A stretch of 64,000 bases of DNA from contig CAUWNS010000002.1 of the NCBI GenBank assembly GCA_963560245.1, positions 17,591 to 81,590 on the forward strand, in the 5' to 3' direction. The notes beneath the pieces were generated by a model. The model ran no database searches. It was not told where the DNA came from and worked only from the letters and a program-made list of their open reading frames with translations. The translations under genes and the position numbers were made by a program. Below, one piece after another: positions 37,335-47,241 of this stretch. Position 1 is the stretch's first letter. Each line of letters starts with the position of its first letter. The DNA comes from an uncultured Clostridia bacterium (GTDB taxonomy: Bacteria; Bacillota; Clostridia; Oscillospirales; Ruminococcaceae).

Positions 37335-38591
37335 TTAAACTTCTGCGGTAATCCGTGCAAACCTCTGCCGGCACTCCCAAAGGGCGCGCTCCAGATCCAG
37401 GGTAAGGAAATTTCCATCCCGGAAGATTACCTCTCCATCGACCATAGTCAGGACGATATCCCTGGAGTTCGCTGCATACACCAGGGAATTTGCCGCGTCC
37501 AAAAATGGGGTAAAGGCCGGAGTGTCCATGTTGATTACCGCCAGATCTGCCCGGTTCCCCACCTTCAGGCTTCCGCAGTCCAGGCGCTGCTGAGCCTTTG
37601 CTCCGGCCACAGTCGCCATGGACAAAACCTGTGCCGCTGTCCCGAGGGCCGGATTGCCTGTACTCCCTTTCATCAGTAGGCTCGCATCCTGCATTTCCTC
37701 CAATAAATCCAGGTTATTGTTGCTGGAGGTGCCGTCTGTTCCAATTCCGACGGAAATCCCCGCCTCCAGATACCGGGCGATTGGGGCTATCCCGCTGCCG
37801 AGTTTCAGATTGCTCTGCGGACAATGGGCAACCGTTGCGCCGTGTTCCGCAAACAGGCGGAAATCTTCTTCCAGCCAGACGCAGTGCGCCGCTGTCACCG
37901 GCACATCAAAGACTCCTAATGAAGCAAGGTACTGCGTAGGGGTCATCCCCTGATGTCTGGCCTTGCACTCTTCATGCTCCAGTTTTGTCTCGGACAGATG
38001 CACCTGATACCCTAGATGATAGGCTTTGGCCAGTTCCAGTTCCTCTCTGGCCTTTTCTTCCGTGGTGGTGTATTCACTGTGCAGGTTGGCATCGCAACGG
38101 ATACGGCCGTCGGCCGCTCCATGATATGCCAAAACCCGTTTTTCCCCGCCCGGCGCTGCGAGATTGAGTTTCATCCCGCTATCAATCGCTGCACGGGCCA
38201 CTCCATCTGGGAACAAATACATATCGCTTGCCGACACCGTCCCGCACCGGATCATCTCTGCAAAGCCAAGCAGCGCCCCCCAATAGGCGTCCTCATCCGT
38301 CATATGGTTTTCAAAGGGAAAGACCCGCTCTGTCAGCCATCGCTGGAGGGGGAGCCCTTCCCCGTAGCCCCGCAGCAGCGTCATTGCCGCATGGGTATGG
38401 AGATTATAAAACCCACTGACCAGCAGTTTGTTTTTCCCGGGATAAACTTCTCCGTCATATTCCTCCGGCGGAGACGGCGAAATGCTCTGAATCCTCTCAT
38501 CTTCCACAAGAACATACTGGTGCGGCTTTGTACGAAAATCCTCATCCAAAACTGTAATATCTGAAAACAGCATTGTTACACCTCTTTTCAT
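37335..38591 (-). CDS. mtaD: Amidohydrolase, MTA/SAH (nucleoside) deaminase family
   Basis: HxH motif LHTHAAMTLLRG, HLSET and GTDG segments. ATGA overlap with the upstream PNP gene. Confidence 0.75.
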   Translation of the reverse strand: MKRGVTMLFSDITVLDEDFRTKPHQYVLVEDERIQSISPSPPEEYDGEVYPGKNKLLVSGFYNLHTHAAMTLLRGYGEGLPLQRWLTERVFPFENHMTDEDAYWGALLGFAEMIRCGTVSASDMYLFPDGVARAAIDSGMKLNLAAPGGEKRVLAYHGAADGRIRCDANLHSEYTTTEEKAREELELAKAYHLGYQVHLSETKLEHEECKARHQGMTPTQYLASLGVFDVPVTAAHCVWLEEDFRLFAEHGATVAHCPQSNLKLGSGIAPIARYLEAGISVGIGTDGTSSNNNLDLLEEMQDASLLMKGSTGNPALGTAAQVLSMATVAGAKAQQRLDCGSLKVGNRADLAVINMDTPAFTPFLDAANSLVYAANSRDIVLTMVDGEVIFRDGNFLTLDLERALWECRQRFARITAEV

Positions 38592-39430
38592 TGCTCATCC
38601 GGTATTTTCTGTAAAATACCGGAGAGCAGTGCAGCGGCCGTATCTGCCACACGGTTTGCCTGCTCGACCACCTCGCCGTCCGCCAGTTCTCCGGAGGCAA
38701 TTCCTGCGGCAAGATTTGTCACGCAGGACAGGCCCAGCACCTGCATGCGGCACTGGCGGGCCGCAATCGCTTCAAAGACGGTGGACATGCCCACTAAGTC
38801 CGCGCCAAGTACTTTCAGCGCGCGGATTTCCGCCGGGGTTTCATACTGGGGACCTGCCATAAAGGCATAAACCCCCTCTTTAAGTGTATAACCCATTTTC
38901 CGCGCACAGTCCTTTGCAATCCCACGCAGACAGGCGCTGTAGGTATCCGTCATATCGAAAAAGCGCTCCCCGAACTCCGGAAGATGCGGACCGACCGCGG
39001 GACTCAGTGAAGACAATTTGATATGATCGCGGATCAGCACGATATCTCCCACATGCAGATGTTCCCCAATGCCGCCGGCAGCATTTGTGAGCACCAGGTT
39101 GCGTACGCCCAGCAGATGGAGCACCCGTACATAGTAGGCAACCTGTTCCGGGGTATATCCTTCATAAAAATGGGTTCTCCCGGAAAGCAGCAATAGCTCC
39201 TGTCCGGAAAGCTGTTTAAACAGCAGTTTTCCCTGATGGGAGGGATTGGTAGAGACTGGGAAGTGAGGGATCTGTGCATAGGGAAGTTCCGTACAGGCTG
39301 CAAGCCGACTGTCTTCCAGTTTCGATGCAAGGGTATGAAACCCGCTCCCCAACACAATCGCAGATTTCCCTACAGTTCCTGCCTTTTCCAGAATAAATTC
39401 CGCGCTTTCCCGGTATTCACACAACTGCAC
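38588..39430 (-). CDS. punA: Purine nucleoside phosphorylase (PNP family 2)
   Basis: VLGSGFH, LLSGRTHFYEGY and MSTVFEAIAA segments. Confidence 0.85.
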   Translation of the reverse strand: MQLCEYRESAEFILEKAGTVGKSAIVLGSGFHTLASKLEDSRLAACTELPYAQIPHFPVSTNPSHQGKLLFKQLSGQELLLLSGRTHFYEGYTPEQVAYYVRVLHLLGVRNLVLTNAAGGIGEHLHVGDIVLIRDHIKLSSLSPAVGPHLPEFGERFFDMTDTYSACLRGIAKDCARKMGYTLKEGVYAFMAGPQYETPAEIRALKVLGADLVGMSTVFEAIAARQCRMQVLGLSCVTNLAAGIASGELADGEVVEQANRVADTAAALLSGILQKIPDEQ

Positions 39431-39464
39431 ACTGATTCATCCTTTCTTTTATCCGGTTTTGATA

Positions 39465-39499
39465 GAAAAAAGCGGGGGCAAACCGCTGTTCACCCCCGC
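39465..39499 (-). terminator. Rho-independent terminator
   Basis: Minus strand GCGGGGG..CCCCCGC stem followed by TTTTTTC. Confidence 0.8.
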
Positions 39500-39512
39500 A
39501 AAATGCTCCTTA

Positions 39513-39992
39513 TTACTTCTGCTGCGCGTCAGTATCGCTGTCCGGCGTATTGGAGTCGGTAACGTCATCCGACTCCTCCACTGCTGCGGCGGCTTCCCGG
39601 CGTTCTTCTTTCTCATAGAATTCCTGAGAGTCCATATCCAGCCGGACGCCGCATTTTGCACAGTAGACCGCATCATCCGGATTGGTATACAGGCAGTTTG
39701 GACAGGTGACGGTACGCCGTACCTCATTGATCTGGGCGTTGATCTGGCTGATTTTTGCAACCAGGGCGTCAATTTCCGAAATACATTCTGCAATAGAATC
39801 CTCATGACCGACACCGCTCTTCGCCGCATCATAGACAAGGTTTCCAATTTCATTGTATTTCTTATCAATCTGTGCGTTCAATTTCACACTTTCCATTTTC
39901 AGCTTAGAGAGTTCCACGGTTTCCCCGGCCTTTTTTGCCGTGATATTGGCAACGCTTTTCGCTGTATTCAAAATATCATCTATAACTGACAT
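39513..39992 (-). CDS. Coiled-coil plus zinc-ribbon protein with acidic tail, function unknown
   Basis: CPNC..CAKC zinc ribbon after a predicted coiled coil. SD AGAGAGG 9 nt before ATG 39992. Confidence 0.65.
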   Translation of the reverse strand: MSVIDDILNTAKSVANITAKKAGETVELSKLKMESVKLNAQIDKKYNEIGNLVYDAAKSGVGHEDSIAECISEIDALVAKISQINAQINEVRRTVTCPNCLYTNPDDAVYCAKCGVRLDMDSQEFYEKEERREAAAAVEESDDVTDSNTPDSDTDAQQK

Positions 39993-40091
39993 AAGGGTAC
40001 GCCTCTCTTTCCACGGCGATTTCAAGCCGTATTCTTGTCTCCATTATATCGGGCTGCCCGTTTTTTTTCAACTATCTTTAGAAAAACCTTA

Positions 40092-41030
40092 TCAACCGAT
40101 AAACTCCCTAAGCAAGGAATCCTCCGGAATCTGCCCGGCGCCGATATCCTCAATCAGTTCCAGGGCTCTGCATAAACTGAGCAGTTTTTCCCGATGTGCA
40201 GCGTCCAGTTCCTGCTCGCAGAGCGGAAGGAGAAAATGGTGGAACACACAGGGCTCGTAGAGATGGAGCGTATCGATCTGTGCATCTGCCAGCCCTTGAT
40301 AGGGCTTAATGTACTTCCTTTCCCCTTCACAGACTTGATCCCACATGTCAAATGTAACCTGCACCGGGCTTGCACGGAACTTAAGATCCCGCACCAGGCG
40401 GCGCATCAGACGGATATCCTGTTTGGAAAGCAGCCCCTCTCCATCCAGCGCATAATCCGTATGTACACTGGCATATATACGGTAAAAATTGTCAGCATCC
40501 CCGTGGGGCATTAAAATCGGGTTGAGGGCATGGATTCCCTCCACAATCAAAATATCATTTTCCCTGAGAGCAATATGGTGCCGTTCTTTCATGCGGGAAA
40601 CGGTTTCAAAATCAAAAACAGGAAAATCCGCCTCCCTTTTTTCAATCAATTCATGAAAACACTCGTGCAGGCAGTCGATATCCAGCGCATAGACACTCTC
40701 ATAGTCCGTGGTGCCGTCCTCTCGTTTTGGATAAAAATCATGGTTCTTATAAAAATTATCCAGGGAAACCACATGCGCTCCAACACCAAGGCCTTGAAGC
40801 TGCTCACGCAGTTTACAGGCAGTCGTCGTTTTGCCTGACGCGGACGGGCCGGCAAGCAGTACAACTGAATACTTCCCCGCGCCGCGTTTGAGCGTTTCCG
40901 CAATCTGCGCTACCCCATAGCGGTAATTTTCCTCGCTCAGCGCAACAACTCGTCCGGGATCTTCACGCACTCTCCTGTTCAGGGAAGAAACGTCCACATG
41001 GAATTGGGACGGATTACAGGTAGTTTTCAT
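40092..41030 (-). CDS. Uridine kinase / nucleoside kinase-like P-loop protein
   Basis: P-loop LLAGPSASGKTTTACKL in a PRK/uridine-kinase-like core with an N-terminal extension. Confidence 0.7.
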   Translation of the reverse strand: MKTTCNPSQFHVDVSSLNRRVREDPGRVVALSEENYRYGVAQIAETLKRGAGKYSVVLLAGPSASGKTTTACKLREQLQGLGVGAHVVSLDNFYKNHDFYPKREDGTTDYESVYALDIDCLHECFHELIEKREADFPVFDFETVSRMKERHHIALRENDILIVEGIHALNPILMPHGDADNFYRIYASVHTDYALDGEGLLSKQDIRLMRRLVRDLKFRASPVQVTFDMWDQVCEGERKYIKPYQGLADAQIDTLHLYEPCVFHHFLLPLCEQELDAAHREKLLSLCRALELIEDIGAGQIPEDSLLREFIG

Positions 41031-42486
41031 AAAAGGAGATCACCTGCTCTTTCCTCTGTAAAATTTCATCGAACCGCCGGCTGTAATCATGGGCAAATTT
41101 GAAATTGAAAATCCGTTCAATGTAGTTCGTATCCTGGTTTTTCATTTTTGTTACGCCTCCAGCGCCCGCTGCGAGTATTGTATGCGTTTCATCCATGATA
41201 TATACGTTATACAGCCCATCGGTCTCCCCTTTGGCATACCCGACGTTTTCCAGATTGTCAAGCATATTTTTCTGACGGTACAGATAGTAAGGATGGTACC
41301 CGTTTGCGAACAGCGTATCCTGTGCAAAGTCCACCATTTGGGGCACTACATCTTCATTGTCCGCAACCGCTGCATAACCGCCCGCCTGGGACAGGGTAGC
41401 CGCACGCTTAACAGACAGGGTATGTACCGTAACATTTTCCGGGGAAAGCTGCATCAGTGTGGACAAAGTGCGCTGGAAGCCCTCCAAGGTATCCCCCATC
41501 AGCCCGGCAATCACATCGGTGTTGATATTGGTAAAGCCGAGTTTCCTGGCCAGATCAAAGGCCTCCAGGAATTGTTTTGCCGTATGTTTTCTCCCAATCT
41601 GTTCGAGCACACTGTCCTCCAGCGTCTGGGGATTGATGCTGATACGGGAAATCCCATGCGCCCGCAAAGCATACAGCTTATCCGCATCAATGGTATCCGG
41701 ACGCCCGGCCTCTACAGTGTATTCTCTGCACGCGGAGAGATCAAAGGACTGTTCCACCGTACGCAGCACCTCATCCAGCTGGGAAGGGGAGAGCGTCGTC
41801 GGCGTGCCTCCTCCAAAATAGACGGTATCCAGTCTCAGACCAAGGGATTTGACGATCTCCCCTGTCCGTTTCAGCTCCCGGCAGAGCAGATGCACATAAT
41901 CCGGAATCAGCTTTTTCTGTTTTCCCACTGCCTGGGAGACAAAGGAACAATAATGGCACCTGGACGGGCAGAAGGGAATCGAGACATAGAGGCTGAATGA
42001 ATCTCGGCTGACCCCCTGCAAAATCGGGGTCTCATGGTCACAGGTGGCAAGACAAAGTCTCGCTTTCTTTTCACTGACAAAGTACCGCTGCTGCATGGTG
42101 CGAAGAATCGAGAGATCATCCATCCCCTCCTCCCGCATAGCGCGCACCAATTTGACCGGGCGCACGCCGGTCAGCATTCCCCAGGAAAGAGTTTTCCCGG
42201 TAAAAGCGGAAAGCATCTGATAAAGCAGGGCGCACAGCCGGTATTCCATTTCCTTTTGCGTGCTGTTCTCAGGAATCAGCACCTGTTCGCTGCGCTGTGT
42301 CCCTTCTATATGGAGGAACACCTCGGCAGTAGACCCTACCGCCCGGCGGGAAACCCGGGTAAGAATATAATTCTTCTCCTGTGTCTGATCGCCCTCAATC
42401 ACCTTTGCCTTGTCCAGGGGAAAAAACATATTGCAGAGGTTTTCCGTCTCGTAGCGGAATGTATGTCCATCAATCAATAAAATCAT
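41014..42486 (-). CDS. hemZ: Radical SAM coproporphyrinogen-dehydrogenase-like protein, HemZ type
   Basis: PFCPSRCHYCSF cluster motif. N-terminus MILLIDGHTFRYETENL. Start ATG 42486 (track ORF extends to 42546). Confidence 0.8.
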   Translation of the reverse strand: MILLIDGHTFRYETENLCNMFFPLDKAKVIEGDQTQEKNYILTRVSRRAVGSTAEVFLHIEGTQRSEQVLIPENSTQKEMEYRLCALLYQMLSAFTGKTLSWGMLTGVRPVKLVRAMREEGMDDLSILRTMQQRYFVSEKKARLCLATCDHETPILQGVSRDSFSLYVSIPFCPSRCHYCSFVSQAVGKQKKLIPDYVHLLCRELKRTGEIVKSLGLRLDTVYFGGGTPTTLSPSQLDEVLRTVEQSFDLSACREYTVEAGRPDTIDADKLYALRAHGISRISINPQTLEDSVLEQIGRKHTAKQFLEAFDLARKLGFTNINTDVIAGLMGDTLEGFQRTLSTLMQLSPENVTVHTLSVKRAATLSQAGGYAAVADNEDVVPQMVDFAQDTLFANGYHPYYLYRQKNMLDNLENVGYAKGETDGLYNVYIMDETHTILAAGAGGVTKMKNQDTNYIERIFNFKFAHDYSRRFDEILQRKEQVISFYENYL

Positions 42487-43108
42487 AGTAATCCCCCATA
42501 AAAGGATTTGCACCGCGCTCATGCCCCAGCGTGGTAGAGAGTCCATGTCCCGGATAGACTATAAAATCCCCTCCCAGGGCAGAAAGCTTTTGCAGGGATT
42601 TTAAAATTGCCGCATGATCTCCGCCGGGCAAATCCGTGCGCCCGATACCTCCCTGAAACAGGGTATCGCCGGTAAACAAAACGCCGTCTGTTTGGTATAC
42701 AACTCCGCCCGGCGTATGGCCCGGCGTCTCCAGCACATGCAGGCGGATTCCCCCGATTTCAAGGAGATCGCCTCCCTTTACCATGCGATCCGGAACAACC
42801 GGATCGTCATTATAGCCCGGTACCTGCAAACCGGATTTTGTCATCGGTGAAGACAGCATGGGGGCGTCTTTCTCCCCAATGATCACATGCGCCCCAGTTG
42901 CTTTCCGAATCTCGTTGGCCGCACACACGTGATCAAAATGGCCATGCGTCAACAGGATATACCGGATATCCAGGCCGTTTTCTTCTGCAAGGGCAAGGAT
43001 TTTCCCTCCCTGCGCGCCCGGATCGATGACTGCGGCAATCTGGTTTTCCCCTTCAACGAGGTAGCAATTGGTCTGTATCATTCCAACCGGGAGTGAAAGC
43101 ACTTTCAT
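42470..43108 (-). CDS. MBL-fold metallo-hydrolase (glyoxalase II-like)
   Basis: HxHxDH motif THGHFDH. ATGA overlap with the amidase stop. Confidence 0.9.
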   Translation of the reverse strand: MKVLSLPVGMIQTNCYLVEGENQIAAVIDPGAQGGKILALAEENGLDIRYILLTHGHFDHVCAANEIRKATGAHVIIGEKDAPMLSSPMTKSGLQVPGYNDDPVVPDRMVKGGDLLEIGGIRLHVLETPGHTPGGVVYQTDGVLFTGDTLFQGGIGRTDLPGGDHAAILKSLQKLSALGGDFIVYPGHGLSTTLGHERGANPFMGDYYDFID

Positions 43109-44484
43109 TCCGATCCCTCCAACATCCTTTTTTCCAAATCCGGGGGCACCCGTTTTCCAAAGCCCTGCTCCATTGCATAAGCCATTTGCAGGAGTGTCGC
43201 CTCTTCATAGGGTTTTGCGATCAAAAACAGGCCCTGTGGAGCCCCATTTGCGCGCAATCCGCATGGAACGGTGATCTCCGGGCAGTTCAGATAAGGCCCC
43301 AAATCGGTATTTTCATCACTTAGCAGTACGGCGTCATACGATTCCAATACCTGATATGCGCGCTTCCTGTCCTCCCAGACAGCCTGCAGCACCCGTCGAT
43401 ACCCATTTTCGTCCTTGGCGCATTCCAGCGCCTCTTCAAACAGTCCCTGTCCATAACGCAGGGCTTCATGGGCATGGGCACGGTTATAGTCCATCAGATC
43501 CTCCAGGGCTTTCAAAGGAAACTGTGGCAGCGCGGCAAGATAGGCATCCATGCAGCGTTTGAATTCGTATTTCATGATATCTCCCGGAGTGAAGCGCGCC
43601 TGCGGCTGGGGCAGTTCAGATACCTGTGCACCCAGTTCCTGAAGGGAAGAGAGCACTTTCTGGAAAAGCGCCTCCTCAGATTCGCACATTTTCTTTGCCC
43701 GGCAAACTCCGATCCGTTTTCCAGACAGGGACGCCTGCGCAAAAAACGTTTTAATTCCGCCGAAAGGGAGGATTTTATGCTCCGGATCCGCCATCACATG
43801 ATAGAGCAGGGCGGCGTCTTCCACTGTGCGCGCCATCGGTCCGGCGGTATCCAGCGTGTCACAGATGGGGAGAATTCCCTGCTGGCTGACCGATCCCACA
43901 CTTGGCCGCAGTCCCACAATCCCATTGGACTGTGCCGGCGAGTAGACCGACGCACAGGTATCTGTGCCCACAGCTACTGAACAGAAATTGGCGGAAACCG
44001 CAACGCCGGAGCCCGTACTGGAACCGGAAGGGTCAAACTGTCTGCCGTAAGGATGAAAAACCTGTCCCCCACGGGAGCTGTAGCCATTCGGCATATTTTC
44101 CATGGAAATATAGTTGGCAAATTCGGTCATGTTTGTCTTGCCGAGTAGAACCGCCCCCGCTTGACGCAGACGGCGGACAATCTCCGCGTCCTCCGCTGCC
44201 CGCGAACCGGCAAGGGCAAGGGAACCTGCGGAAGTATGCATTTGATCCGCAGTATTGAGATTATCCTTAATCAGAATGGGAATCCCATGCAGAGGACCCG
44301 CCAGACGCCCTTGCGCGCGCTCCCGGTCACATTCCTTTGCCTGAAAAAGCGCATCCGGATTTTGCTCCAGCACGCTGTTCAGTCCATTTTCCCCCCGATC
44401 GTACCGTTCGATACGGGACAGATACCAGACTGTCAGCTGTTCGCTGGTCAAGGTTCCCTGCTCCATCTGGGAAAGCAACTGCAT
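43105..44484 (-). CDS. Amidase-signature family protein
   Basis: Gly/Ser-rich signature GSSTGSGVAVSA and IKDNLNT. Start moved to ATG 44484 (SD GAGGAG, 9 nt); the track start 44577 would overlap dtd. Confidence 0.85.
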   Translation of the reverse strand: MQLLSQMEQGTLTSEQLTVWYLSRIERYDRGENGLNSVLEQNPDALFQAKECDRERAQGRLAGPLHGIPILIKDNLNTADQMHTSAGSLALAGSRAAEDAEIVRRLRQAGAVLLGKTNMTEFANYISMENMPNGYSSRGGQVFHPYGRQFDPSGSSTGSGVAVSANFCSVAVGTDTCASVYSPAQSNGIVGLRPSVGSVSQQGILPICDTLDTAGPMARTVEDAALLYHVMADPEHKILPFGGIKTFFAQASLSGKRIGVCRAKKMCESEEALFQKVLSSLQELGAQVSELPQPQARFTPGDIMKYEFKRCMDAYLAALPQFPLKALEDLMDYNRAHAHEALRYGQGLFEEALECAKDENGYRRVLQAVWEDRKRAYQVLESYDAVLLSDENTDLGPYLNCPEITVPCGLRANGAPQGLFLIAKPYEEATLLQMAYAMEQGFGKRVPPDLEKRMLEGSE

Positions 44485-44557
44485 GATAGATTGCTCCTCA
44501 TATCCGGCCACTAAAATCCCTCCTGCTCTCTCAAGGATTTCCAAAAATACACGTTTG

Positions 44558-45016
44558 TTATTTTGGCATAATTTCATCCGTATCCAGAAAAATGGTTACC
44601 GGGCCGTCGTTGATAAGTTGAACCTGCATATCCGCGCCGAATTCCCCGGTCTGAACATTCCGAATCCCTAAAGCGCGGATTTCCTCCACAAACGCGAGGT
44701 ACAGTCCGTCCGCCTGCTCCGGGCGGGCAGCCCGCACATAGGCAGGCCGCCTGCCTTTTTTGCAGTCCGCATAAAGGGTAAAATTGGAAACCACCATAAC
44801 TTCCCCGTCCACATCCAACAGGGAGAGGTTCATCTTATCCTGTTCATCGGAAAAGATACGCAGTTCGCAGCACTTTTTTGCAAGCCATGCCGCCTGCTGC
44901 GTGGTATCGGACTGGGTAACGCCGAGCAGAATCAATAATCCCGGCCCAATTTCCCTGGTAATCCCGCCGTTTATGGTAACCGATGCGCCGGATACCCGCT
45001 GTAAAATTGCTCTCAC
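44558..45016 (-). CDS. dtd: D-aminoacyl-tRNA deacylase
   Basis: MRAILQRVSGASV.. with a C-terminal NDGPVT motif. Confidence 0.95.
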   Translation of the reverse strand: MRAILQRVSGASVTINGGITREIGPGLLILLGVTQSDTTQQAAWLAKKCCELRIFSDEQDKMNLSLLDVDGEVMVVSNFTLYADCKKGRRPAYVRAARPEQADGLYLAFVEEIRALGIRNVQTGEFGADMQVQLINDGPVTIFLDTDEIMPK

Positions 45017-45027
45017 TGTACATCCTC

Positions 45028-47220
45028 CTATTTCCCGCTGCGGCGCACCCGGCTGACGCCTTTGATTGCCTGTATCCGTTTGATTACCAGATTCAGCTGA
45101 TCCAACCCGGTTACCGTTACGGTAATCGTCATCTGGACATTGCCGTCTTTGAGCTTTCTGGCGTTGAGTTCGTGGATAGGCACCCGCATATTCGCAAGCT
45201 GGACGCTCACATCGGCAAGCAGGGTACCGTGATCCTCCGCGACAACCTCAAAGGTTGCCTTGAACGCCTCACCGACATAGGAGGCCCACTGTACCTGTAC
45301 CAGGCGCTTGCAGTTCTCATCATCTTTCATGGCGCTGATGATATTCGGGCAATCCTGCTTATGGATGGAAACCCCATATCCACGGGTAATAAAGCCGATA
45401 ATGGCATCCCCCGGGACAGGATTGCAGCAGCGTGCAAATTTGACCAGACAGTCGTCATACCCCTCTACAATCACGCCGCTGGACGCGCCCCGTTTGACAG
45501 GGCGTTTTGGCAGCGCTTCCCTGAGATCCGGCTTTTCCTCTTTCCGGTAGCGCTTGAGATAGTCCTCCTTGATGCGCGGCAGGATTTTGGACAGGCTGAT
45601 ACCGCCGTATCCGACTGCGGCATAAAACTCATCCACTGTCCGGCAATGCTGACGGTGGGCAAGTTCCAAAATAAACTGCTCATACTGTTCTTCCGTGAGA
45701 TTGATGCCGTCGCGTTTGAAATCCCGTTCGATTTCCGCCCTGCCCTGGGCGATATTCTCCTCTTTCTTCTCCTTTTTAAACCAGGAACGGATCTTGTTGC
45801 GCGCTTCGCTGGTCTTTACAATTTGCAGCCAGTCGCGGTTTGGCCCATGTGCCTGGGATTTCGTGGTCGCAATTTCAACAATCTGCCCGGTTTTTACCTG
45901 GTAGTCAATCGGGACAATCCTGCCGTCTACCTTAGCGCCGATCATGCTGTTTCCTACAGCGGAATGGATTGCATAGGCAAAGTCAATCACTGTGGAACCG
46001 CTCGGCAGATCGATGACGTCGCCCTTTGGGGTAAAGACAAAAACCTCTTCCGGGACAAGGTCGGACTTGATAGAACTGAGGATATCCTCCACATCTTCAG
46101 AATCCTGCTGCGCTTCCAGCAGATGCCGCACCCATTCCAGACGCTCTTCCAGTTTGTCTTTTCCCTGCAGGCCGGCCTTATATTTCCAATGGGCCGCAAT
46201 TCCATATTCCGCCGTATGGTGCATTTCCCAGGTGCGGATCTGCACTTCAAAAGGGATACCCTCTTTCCCGATAACCGTGGTATGGAGCGACTGGTACATA
46301 TTCGGTTTTGGAGTGGAAATATAGTCCTTAAACCGGTTGGGAAGAGGGGTGTACATATCATGGATAATCCCAAAGGTGTTATAGCATTCGTCTACTGTGT
46401 CCACAATGATACGCACCGCATAAATATCGTATATCTCCTCAAACGCCTTCCCCTGAAGGTACATCTTGCGATAGATGCCGTAAACGCTCTTGACACGCCC
46501 TTCCAAGTGGATATGGCTGCCCTCTTTGCTCATACGCTCCCGAATCTGTTCCTTTATTTTTTCAAGGAAGGCAAGGCGCTCGTCCTTTTTTGAATTGAGC
46601 GCCGTCTCGATTTCACTGTAGGCAATCGGATCCAGATAGCGCAGGGAGAGATCTTCCATCTCCTCCTTAACGGCGCGGATACCGAGCCTGTGCGCAATCG
46701 GCGCATAGACCTCCATTGTTTCCCGCGCCTTGGCCAGCTGCTTATGACGAGGACGGTACTGCAGCGTTCGGAGATTGTGCAGTCTGTCCGCAAGTTTGAT
46801 GATGATAACGCGGATATCCTGTGACATGGCAAGCAGCATTTTTCTTACATTTTCCGCCTGCTGCTGTTCTTTGGAATCCAAAGAAGTGATATCCAGCGTT
46901 GTGATTTTGGTGACCCCATCCACAAGCTGCGCAATGTTATGTCCATAGATGCGTTCAATATCGTCAAGCGTCTCGGAAGTATCCTCTACCACGTCGTGCA
47001 AAAGACCGGCCACCAGGGTATCAGAGTCCATCCCAAGGCCGACCAGAATGACCGCCACCTCAACCGGATGGATAATATACGGCTCCCCGGAGCTGCGCTT
47101 TTGTCCTTCATGCATTTTTTCTGCCAGATGGTATGCACTTTTTATCTTCTCAATATCATATTGGCGCCCGCTTTTTTCAATGACATCCAACAAATAATTC
47201 AAATCCGCTGCCATAAGCAT
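45028..47220 (-). CDS. relA: Bifunctional (p)ppGpp synthetase/hydrolase
   Basis: HD domain (HDVVEDT), synthetase domain, and TGS- and ACT-like C-terminal regions. Confidence 0.95.
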   Translation of the reverse strand: MLMAADLNYLLDVIEKSGRQYDIEKIKSAYHLAEKMHEGQKRSSGEPYIIHPVEVAVILVGLGMDSDTLVAGLLHDVVEDTSETLDDIERIYGHNIAQLVDGVTKITTLDITSLDSKEQQQAENVRKMLLAMSQDIRVIIIKLADRLHNLRTLQYRPRHKQLAKARETMEVYAPIAHRLGIRAVKEEMEDLSLRYLDPIAYSEIETALNSKKDERLAFLEKIKEQIRERMSKEGSHIHLEGRVKSVYGIYRKMYLQGKAFEEIYDIYAVRIIVDTVDECYNTFGIIHDMYTPLPNRFKDYISTPKPNMYQSLHTTVIGKEGIPFEVQIRTWEMHHTAEYGIAAHWKYKAGLQGKDKLEERLEWVRHLLEAQQDSEDVEDILSSIKSDLVPEEVFVFTPKGDVIDLPSGSTVIDFAYAIHSAVGNSMIGAKVDGRIVPIDYQVKTGQIVEIATTKSQAHGPNRDWLQIVKTSEARNKIRSWFKKEKKEENIAQGRAEIERDFKRDGINLTEEQYEQFILELAHRQHCRTVDEFYAAVGYGGISLSKILPRIKEDYLKRYRKEEKPDLREALPKRPVKRGASSGVIVEGYDDCLVKFARCCNPVPGDAIIGFITRGYGVSIHKQDCPNIISAMKDDENCKRLVQVQWASYVGEAFKATFEVVAEDHGTLLADVSVQLANMRVPIHELNARKLKDGNVQMTITVTVTGLDQLNLVIKRIQAIKGVSRVRRSGK

Positions 47221-47241
47221 TCCCTTCTTTCTGCCGTCCGC

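Noticed and set aside
43105-44577. Amidase gene overlapping dtd by 20 nt, as a sign of insertion into the relA-dtd-MBL-hemZ block
   Set aside because: A better start (ATG 44484, SD GAGGAG) removes the overlap. Without comparative data the insertion idea cannot be supported.
44983-46593. 536-aa ORF on the plus strand
   Set aside because: It is entirely antisense to relA, whose product carries complete HD, synthetase and TGS motifs. The antisense translation is low-complexity with no recognisable domain and no SD. This is a typical shadow ORF in GC-rich coding DNA.
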